From a virus (taxonomy: Duplodnaviria; Caudoviricetes): DNA of 64,000 bases. Position 1 is the stretch's first letter, and the number at the start of each line of letters is the position of its first letter. Under the pieces are notes generated by a model that worked only from the letters and a program-made list of their open reading frames with translations, was not told the origin of the DNA and did no database searches. Made by a program: the position numbers and the translations under genes. Location of the stretch: positions 544 to 64,543 of the IMG/VR virus record IMGVR_UViG_3300028430_000741. The stretch is one strand, 5' to 3'. This document shows positions 57,468 through 64,000 of this stretch, piece after piece.

Positions 57468-57525
57468 AGAAACTTTCAGAAGTATAATAAAAATGCCCCC
57501 TAGTAACAGCTAGGAGGTCTAACCA
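57468..57525 (+). promoter_or_regulatory. conserved promoter and leader hairpin, copy 1
   Basis: TATAATAAAAATGCCCCCTAG-taacag-CTAGGAGGTCTAACCA; near-identical to 62005-62047. Confidence 0.7.
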
Positions 57526-57549
57526 AATCAACCTACAAGGCAGGTTAAA

Positions 57550-58305
57550 ATGGCTAATATTCAGGTTATCACTTTACAAGATCAATTGGTCGTCGATTCC
57601 CGCTTGATCGCCGATGAGTTGGGCATTAAACATGAAAATTTGCGGAAAACAGTCGAGAAGTATTTGACCGAATTGCAAGAGTTTGGAATTATCGTGTTTG
57701 AAACACAGAAAATACTAGAAGGCGCATCACGCGGTCGTCCTGAGCGTTACTGCTATCTGAACGAAGATCAGGCAACCTTCCTGATGACCCTTAGTCGCAA
57801 CACTCCTCAAGTCGTCGCCTGTAAGCAGAATCTAGTCAAGGCTTTCTCGAAAGCTAAACATTTAATCACGGAAGCTACCCACCCCCCGCGTCTGTCAAGC
57901 GAACGAGAATTGGAAATCGAGCTAGAAATTGCAAAAACCAAGCTAGAAATTGCAAAAGTAGAGGCAAAAGCCGAGGTAGAAAAGGAATGGGTGAGAAAAT
58001 CTAACGATCGGATAATCGAGGAACTTCGCTTAGAGCAAGCCCAGCTTCTCCTCTCCCAGTATTCCGCAGGAAAGCTCACCCCGGAACAGCTACTGGAAAA
58101 GTTGCTAGACGATATGGCCGCATTTATCGATCAAGTAGTCGAGGAAAAGGGAGTCATGCCCAAAGTCCGTGATCTTCACCAGAAGTTCCAAAACCGCAAA
58201 ATTCCCGATGAAAAAGGAAACCTCTCCAAGTTAAATTCCCATGTTATTCGTACTAGCATCCTCCCAAAAGCTCTAGAGCGCGTGAAGGTGTCGAGAACCC
58301 ACTAG
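57550..58305 (+). CDS. Rha-family antirepressor-like protein
   Basis: VVDSRLIA.ELGI.H, GRP..YCYLNEDQATFLMTLSRNT..V...K..LV.AF. Confidence 0.85.
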   Translation: MANIQVITLQDQLVVDSRLIADELGIKHENLRKTVEKYLTELQEFGIIVFETQKILEGASRGRPERYCYLNEDQATFLMTLSRNTPQVVACKQNLVKAFSKAKHLITEATHPPRLSSERELEIELEIAKTKLEIAKVEAKAEVEKEWVRKSNDRIIEELRLEQAQLLLSQYSAGKLTPEQLLEKLLDDMAAFIDQVVEEKGVMPKVRDLHQKFQNRKIPDEKGNLSKLNSHVIRTSILPKALERVKVSRTH

Positions 58306-58464
58306 AAACATCGCCTACCAAGCTAAAACTTAAAGAGACTAAGGGAAAAAATCCCCTAGTCCTTAATAGTACAAACAGATTAACCCAAGTTGTCAGCTAC
58401 AGGTTTACCTTTCCATTTTAGCTTGAATCTAAACTAAAACGTCAAGCGGTAAAGCGATTGCTGG

Positions 58465-58889
58465 TCAGGCGATCAAAAGATCGGTAAATTCTACTCTAAG
58501 ATTTGCCTGAACAGCGAATTGATGCCATCGGTTTTTATCCAACTGAGTAACACTAGCAACTTGACAGAAACTCCCGTAAACCAACTGAAAAGAGCTAATT
58601 CCCTTATCTGCAACTTGGGCTAAAACGGCGGGTAAACATCAGACAAAATAGAGACATTAAATTGATCCCAATTTTCAGGAGAAATAATATCAGGCTCCCC
58701 ATCAATTTGAATAGGAATTCCGAAAAAAGCTTCGGCTTCCTGCTTACTATCAAACCAATACCAGCCATATACTGGATAAGTGTAGCTATCTTTTGCTTCC
58801 CTTAAAAGTTCTACATTTAACCCGTAAACATGGTTGGGTGCATAAGCTAATTCACCTTCTTTTTTTACCTTATAAAAGCCTGAAGTATT
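58465..58889 (-). pseudogene. tail-fibre-associated gene apparently frameshifted near 58630
   Basis: MNTSGFYK...GWYWFDS...A ORF stops at 58620; another frame continues AVLAQVADKG...LLIA to the stop at 58465. Confidence 0.5.
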
Positions 58890-59863
58890 CATCCTGTTAT
58901 TTTCCATCCTTTGTTGATTGCAATATTGCGCTCGTCAGTTGTTAAAGATGCTGCGCCGTAGTTTCCAGAAATATTGATAGTCGGAGTCTCAGTTGAAAGT
59001 CCTAACCCTTCAAACAATTCAATTATAGCCGATCTAGAAAGCGCACAGTTAGCAACACTAAAAGAAACCCTCACTCCTGTAACTTGAAGTCTAGATAGGC
59101 TCCTGAGATTACTAAAAGAATTCGTTAAGCTGACAGAACTACTGGCTCCTGCTAGATTTAAATTAGTAATTTCTTTTAAACTGGTTGCGCTATTAAAACA
59201 ATTAGCAAAATTTGTAACTGTATTAGGAATATTCAATCTTACTCTTTTAATCGGCAAGGCACTTTGAAAAAAACCTTCCATGGTGGTAGCCGAGTTTAAA
59301 TTAACAATTACACTTTCTATCGAATTACTTAGAAGAAAAGTTCTAGTCCAATTAGATACAATATTTTCTGCTACCGTGCATTTTTGTAGATACCTATGTC
59401 GGGGCGAATTGCTTGCATTTCCATTAAGGAAGAACGTGTTTAAATTCGGACTATTTATAGCAATTTCTAGCAATCCCGTGCTATAACCTCCTGATTGATT
59501 ATAAGGTAAACTTAAGTTGACCTGCGTTAAATCTTGCCCCGCTTGAGGCGTAATAGTAATTAATGCTTGACGATAACCTTCTGAAGTAGCGGTACTAGCA
59601 GGTAAATTATTAAAATTGTAGTTTTTAAAAGCTGTAGTGCCACTGGCAACATTCTCAAAAGTTCCGTCGCCCCAGTTTACGGTATAATCTCCCACAGCCC
59701 AGACAGCCATGAAATTATCTGCAACGGGAAAGACTGCATTTAATAGATAACAAACCTGTGACCCTGGGACTAATGCGGGGATTTGCAACCAATCATAAGG
59801 GCGTATCCACCCGTTAGAATCAGGCAGGGAAATAGCTTTGGTTTGACTATAAAGTAATGTCAA
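58889..59863 (-). CDS. receptor-binding/fibre protein with PKD-like and DUF285/BspA-like repeats
   Basis: W.RP.DWL, YTVNWGDG, xFxxxxSL repeats and C-terminal IAINKGW.IT. Confidence 0.65.
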   Translation of the reverse strand: MTLLYSQTKAISLPDSNGWIRPYDWLQIPALVPGSQVCYLLNAVFPVADNFMAVWAVGDYTVNWGDGTFENVASGTTAFKNYNFNNLPASTATSEGYRQALITITPQAGQDLTQVNLSLPYNQSGGYSTGLLEIAINSPNLNTFFLNGNASNSPRHRYLQKCTVAENIVSNWTRTFLLSNSIESVIVNLNSATTMEGFFQSALPIKRVRLNIPNTVTNFANCFNSATSLKEITNLNLAGASSSVSLTNSFSNLRSLSRLQVTGVRVSFSVANCALSRSAIIELFEGLGLSTETPTINISGNYGAASLTTDERNIAINKGWKITG

Positions 59864-60222
59864 TTTATCAGCCTCCAGTCGGTTCCAAAAAGTTCAAAAA
59901 CAACAGTGATCGCCCCAACATTGAGGACAAAACTAGAAGCTCCCATTATCGTTTGCCCCGCAGTAGGATTGATAGTTAAATTATTAGTAAAAAATCCAGT
60001 AGTTGGGGTATTTCCGATTAAATCTACCACGCTAAAAGTGCCACTGTCAGGAACCGTGACAGTAATTGCGCCGCTTGTCGTATTGGCAAAAATTCTGTCT
60101 AAATTATTAGCCGTGTAGTTTGAAGTAATAGTGACAGTATTCCAAGCCGAAGCAACACTATCAACGTACTGTTTATCTACAATGTCGTCAGGATTAATAA
60201 TCGGAGCTAAAAGTCTAGGCAT
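59860..60222 (-). CDS. virion fibre-like structural protein
   Basis: KQYVD, ANTTSGAITVT.P and NNLTI...GQTI.G motifs. Confidence 0.6.
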   Translation of the reverse strand: MPRLLAPIINPDDIVDKQYVDSVASAWNTVTITSNYTANNLDRIFANTTSGAITVTVPDSGTFSVVDLIGNTPTTGFFTNNLTINPTAGQTIMGASSFVLNVGAITVVFELFGTDWRLIN

Positions 60223-60224
60223 AA

Positions 60225-61028
60225 CTAACCAATTATTACTACACGAAAAGCGTTATTAGTTGGCACAAAACCGGCTTCAAAAACTACAGTAACAGTGTTA
60301 ACGGTCGGTCGTCTAATCTCTACCCAAACATCATCATAATTTCCACTATTGGGGAAGACGGCTACCTTTACATCTCTAGTGTTTAAATTGTGAGTAACAG
60401 TGTAAGATGTGTTAGAACCATCACCAATATTTTGAGCGATTTTTCTTAATAACCCACTGTAATTTCTAAGCTTTAAAGGTGTAATAGCTCTTGTGTCGTC
60501 GATACCGGTATCAACTTCTGATTGAGTGGCGATTTCAATCCGCCCGGCGGTTGATTCATTGGCTTCAGGAACGCTTGCCCCAAATAAAGTAAAAACGACA
60601 TTAGAACTGTCTATCGTGCCATTAACCTGTGTTTGCCGGTAAGTAGCACCTGCGCTTGTTCCTTCTTCTACCGTCAGGGTCGCCTGCTCTAATTCGTCAA
60701 AAGTGTTGGCATCCAAAGAACGGGTTAATGGTGTTTCTGTTGAAGCACCATTAAAAATATAGATACCATTTTGTGATTGTGTGGTTTGAGCTAATACTAA
60801 AACTCGATCGCCATTTGATAAAGTAATGCCATCGATACTACTCCCTGGAGAGGATAGATTAATATTAGATTGAGTGGCAACTCTTGCGGCATTTTTCCAG
60901 TTGACTCCCTCGATCGCACTATCGACATAGCTTTTCGGAGTGGCATCGGAAGAATTAATAGGAGTAGGTAAACCCGTTACGGTCGCGCCTCCATTTAATT
61001 CAATTGTACTGTAAAAATCAATAGGCAT
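60225..61028 (-). CDS. virion fibre/head-decoration-like protein
   Basis: DATPKSYVD, GDRVLVLAQT..SQNGIY, ATQSEV..G.DD...ITP and THNLNT. Confidence 0.7.
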   Translation of the reverse strand: MPIDFYSTIELNGGATVTGLPTPINSSDATPKSYVDSAIEGVNWKNAARVATQSNINLSSPGSSIDGITLSNGDRVLVLAQTTQSQNGIYIFNGASTETPLTRSLDANTFDELEQATLTVEEGTSAGATYRQTQVNGTIDSSNVVFTLFGASVPEANESTAGRIEIATQSEVDTGIDDTRAITPLKLRNYSGLLRKIAQNIGDGSNTSYTVTHNLNTRDVKVAVFPNSGNYDDVWVEIRRPTVNTVTVVFEAGFVPTNNAFRVVIIG

Positions 61029-61029
61029 T

Positions 61030-61371
61030 TTAGGTTAACCTCAATTGTCCTGCTATTGGTGAATCTGATAAAACTTGTAATTGATTATAACTTATGTGAA
61101 CAATTTTTGCAAATATTTTTACCCCCCCAGTGTTCCTTAGTTCAGTTGTTGGTCGGTATCCTAAATTGTGATTAACAATCCAATTTGTTGAAGGGCTTGA
61201 TTGATTATAAATATAGGCAAAGCCGTCAGGTAAACTATTAAGTTTATCCCTAATTTCTTCAGGAGTGTCAGACGTTTCCCCGGGGACTACAGCCTTGATA
61301 ATTACTCGTCTTTCCACCCCAGAAAGCTCTATATTCGTGACTTCTTTTCTGATAATAATAGTCATTAGCAT
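61030..61371 (-). CDS. virion structural protein (HNLG motif)
   Basis: QSSPSTNWIVNHNLG..P. Confidence 0.6.
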   Translation of the reverse strand: MLMTIIIRKEVTNIELSGVERRVIIKAVVPGETSDTPEEIRDKLNSLPDGFAYIYNQSSPSTNWIVNHNLGYRPTTELRNTGGVKIFAKIVHISYNQLQVLSDSPIAGQLRLT

Positions 61372-61790
61372 TGCCCCTCAACGAATACTTTGCCAGTAAA
61401 AATATTAATTACCTCACCTCCTATATTTTGGACAAATTCTACATCGAATTCCCAGTAATCTTTTCCCGCTTTGGGGTTAGTCGATTGCCTAATAGGAGTA
61501 AGGGGAATCAATTCTGTCTGATCTGATTTTAGAATTAGGTCAAACCAAGTAAAACCCAGCAAAGGATCATCTGTGTCAACGTCAAAATCACCAAAGCTAA
61601 TATTTTCGATAGCAAAGTTTGCATATCTTTCACTTTCTCCTGTAGCGGCTTTTTCTTTGGCTACAAATCCCCTGATCACGCCATCGGTTAAATCTCCCTC
61701 GATCAAACAAAGCTCGCGCCATTCCGCACCTTGTTTGACTTCTATATCGAATTTTATGCCGTAAAAAGTGCCGTTTAAGATAGTAGTCAT
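61365..61790 (-). CDS. putative baseplate/fibre-attachment protein
   Basis: I...QGA...YWEFDVE....F.GKV.V pattern at the head of the fibre operon. Confidence 0.5.
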   Translation of the reverse strand: MTTILNGTFYGIKFDIEVKQGAEWRELCLIEGDLTDGVIRGFVAKEKAATGESERYANFAIENISFGDFDVDTDDPLLGFTWFDLILKSDQTELIPLTPIRQSTNPKAGKDYWEFDVEFVQNIGGEVINIFTGKVFVEGQC

Positions 61791-61848
61791 TGTTTTAGGC
61801 AGAAAAGAAGTCCGAAATGGTTAGTAGTATTGTACCTTTTTTCCCGAC

Positions 61849-61950
61849 AAAAAAAACGAACCTTAAAGGTTCGTCTAGACTCCCTAATCCTTTTCTCACA
61901 GATCACGGTCAGTCTTTCCCATCCAGTCAGTGGATTCTTTGACCAACTAC
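61849..61950 (-). ncRNA. candidate ~100-nt small RNA
   Basis: TACAAT -10 box at 61962-61957 and GACGAACCTT-TA-AGGTTCGT-T8 terminator; only an 8-codon ORF inside. Confidence 0.35.
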
Positions 61951-61986
61951 AAGCCTATTGTACCTAAAACTTTAGTGAATCGATCA

Positions 61987-62047
61987 GAAACTTTTGGGAA
62001 GCGTATAATAAAAATGCCCCCTAGTTCTCGCTAGGAGGTCTGACCAC
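61987..62047 (+). promoter_or_regulatory. conserved promoter and leader hairpin, copy 2
   Basis: TATAATAAAAATGCCCCCTAG-ttctcg-CTAGGAGGTCTGACCA. Confidence 0.7.
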
Positions 62048-62068
62048 AATGTTAGGAATGTTAACACT

Positions 62069-62860
62069 ATGGCTAATTTAAGTTTACAGCGATTTGAGAT
62101 TGACGGCATCGAACTTTTAATCGATACCCAGACTGGGGAAAGTTTTGCTTCGGCTAAGGGCTACGCCCGAATGAGCGGACGGGACTACGATACGATCAAA
62201 AAACGCTGTCAACGCGGGGGACAAGTTAACGCTGAAATCCCCACGGAACAAGGGTTAAAGTGGGGGACATTGATCCCCGAAGATTTAATCTGTCAGTGGC
62301 TACCGCTAGATAACCCTGAGATGGCCGCGGCCATGTTAAAACTCGGTGTTCGGGTATTCCTTCACGAAATGGCTGGCTATAAGGTTACGAGCGAAGCAAC
62401 TAATCCGCCGCGTCCTTTAATCGAAGCGGAATTAGAAATCGAGCTAGAAATTGAAAAAACTAAGCTAAAAATCGCAAAAGTCGAGCTAGAACGGGAACGT
62501 ATCGTAAGCACTAATGATCGCATAATCGAGGAACTTCGCCTAGAACAAAACCAGATCGAATATGCACAGTATTCCGCAGGAAAGCTCACTGGAGAACAGA
62601 TACGGGAAAGGTTACTAGACGATATGGCCGCATTCATCGATCGGTTCGTCCAGGTAAAAGGAGTCATGCCCAAAATTCGGGATCTCCATCAAAAGTTTCA
62701 ATCCCGCAAGATTCCCGATGAACAGGGAAACCTTGTCAAAATCAATTCGACTATCTTGCGATCGCTCTTACCAGAAGTTTTGGATCGATGCGAGTGCGAT
62801 CTAGAAAACGTCCCGTCAGGAGTGACTAATTTACGGGTCAGAGTGTCGAGAACCCACTAA
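62069..62860 (+). CDS. antirepressor-like DNA-binding protein, C-terminal paralog of 57550..58305
   Basis: N-terminal DGIELLIDTQTGESFAS..GYARMSG domain; C-terminal half closely similar to the Rha-family gene. Confidence 0.75.
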   Translation: MANLSLQRFEIDGIELLIDTQTGESFASAKGYARMSGRDYDTIKKRCQRGGQVNAEIPTEQGLKWGTLIPEDLICQWLPLDNPEMAAAMLKLGVRVFLHEMAGYKVTSEATNPPRPLIEAELEIELEIEKTKLKIAKVELERERIVSTNDRIIEELRLEQNQIEYAQYSAGKLTGEQIRERLLDDMAAFIDRFVQVKGVMPKIRDLHQKFQSRKIPDEQGNLVKINSTILRSLLPEVLDRCECDLENVPSGVTNLRVRVSRTH

Positions 62861-62879
62861 AACGATTAATCCTCCATCC

Positions 62880-62911
62880 ATCCCCTTAGAAACTTCTCTA
62901 GGGGGATTTTT
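62880..62911 (+). terminator. intrinsic terminator
   Basis: ATCCCCTTAG-aaacttct-CTAGGGGGAT-TTTT after the 62860 stop. Confidence 0.65.
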
Positions 62912-62939
62912 AGTGCGATGTGGGACGGGGACGGGATAG

Positions 62940-63396
62940 GGATGTTAGAACGTTAGAGCGATGTTAGGGAGTAAATAACATAAGGAAAGATAGATATATC
63001 AATACTTCTATTCTTTTGTTAGAGTGTTAATCAATTTTCTGTGTTTACTTTTTCCTGATCCAATTTCTTACTTTTTCACGGATGACCTCGCTCTATCTTC
63101 TCCCATTTTTTCTTCTTACTAGGATCGGCTAAACATCCATAACACTTTGCTACATTGTAGACAGAGTAAGCGTTTCAGGATGTTAAAACATCTCTAACAT
63201 CCCCACACACCTCGAACAGCGATCCCTATAGTAGAGTTCGATGTATTACACATACTACTCATGTAACACATCTCTTTTTCTCCCGACTTTTTTCTCACTA
63301 GGATCGCCCGAACATCCTAACATTTTTCTGAAAAGCTTGATAGAAATGGATTTCGGATGTTATTGAAAATGTTAGAGTTTCACACATCGATAACAG
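62940..63396 (+). repeat. non-coding TGTTA/TAACA palindromic element, copy C (right arm duplicated)
   Basis: Matches copy A; the ACTAGGATCG..AACATCC.TAACA..GGATGTTA arm occurs twice (63118 and 63297). Confidence 0.85.
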
Positions 63397-63891
63397 GGAA
63401 GTGTCCCAATTTAAAAAGCAATATCACTCGATGGAAACAAAAGGGGGAACCTACTCAAAAATACAGGGATAAATGGGAGTTTCGCGGTCGGTTTTGGTAC
63501 GAAAAAGATTAGCCCTAAACCACTTCTCACCTCGAAAATGCCCTAAAAAGGGGGAAATAGAACATTTTCCGAGAGGGGATAAGTTAGCTTTTATTATGCA
63601 CTTGACGCTCCCATCGCTAAAAGCGAGGGATTCTTGGTTCAACAAGTCCACTTAAACTAAGTCCCTTGCGATTCCTAGTCCAGAGGTAGTTCTTTCCCCA
63701 AGCGTTACTTTTCGTGCGCCCCACGATAGTTGTATTTCTACAAAATTTGCTTGAATTGAAGCGGTTTTGCTTCAAATACTGTGTTGTCTAGTTCCTGCAA
63801 AGATTTTACTTTGAGGATAATTTAGGTGATTGGCTAAATCAAGCAGTAATATCCGAGTCAATCAATTCCTGTCTTTCAATCAACGGCAATT

Positions 63892-64000
63892 ATGTCCTTA
63901 CATTTAGTTAATTCTCCCCATTCAATGCCCATTTCCCCGATATTCAATCCGGCGGGAGATGATGCGATCGAAAACCGTTCGATCTGGTTTGGTAACACCA
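63892..64000 (+). CDS. nrdB: ribonucleotide reductase beta subunit, N-terminus (runs off the window)
   Basis: Own translation MSLHLVNSPHSMPISPIFNPAGDDAIENRSIWFGNT, matching the cyanobacterial R2 N-terminal IFNPxGDD...RSIWFGNT motif. Confidence 0.75.
   Translation, partial: MSLHLVNSPHSMPISPIFNPAGDDAIENRSIWFGNT

Noticed and set aside
63451-63655. Two short overlapping ORFs upstream of nrdB
   Set aside because: Mutually antisense, with no motifs or RBS; likely intergenic
63715-63790. NrdR boxes upstream of nrdB
   Set aside because: Candidates such as CCCCACGATAGTTGTA deviate at several consensus positions; not supportable by eye

Overview
The window is almost entirely one temperate, long-tailed (siphovirus-like) phage or prophage of a cyanobacterium. 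The host assignment rests on recurring GCGATCGC/CGATCG HIP1 sites, a (CTGATAA)n repeat and a cyanobacterial-type nrdB start at the right edge. It encodes portal, capsid, terminase, tail tube, G/GT chaperones with a -1 frameshift, a ~4300-aa tape measure protein, GTA-like tail-tip genes, several fibre modules, GH19 lysin, primase-helicase, an intein-containing SF2 helicase, a RecT-like annealase, RusA, a repressor, antirepressors, Mom-like and PAPS-reductase-like putative DNA modifiers and a tRNA-Met(CAT). Morphogenesis genes are scattered among replication genes. No integrase, att site or CRISPR array is visible. Most notable: (1) the tape measure protein carries AT-rich inserts encoding kinase-like, alpha/beta-hydrolase-like and DdrB-type ParB-like domains; (2) three dispersed non-coding TGTTA/TAACA palindromic elements, together with two antirepressor-like proteins whose C-terminus resembles the primase C-terminal domain; (3) a J-domain inside the helicase; (4) a 182-bp IsrB/IscB-type omega-RNA mini-element with a reconstructable ATGA target; (5) a dispersed promoter/operator regulon. 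All family assignments come from motif recognition by eye, not from database searches.
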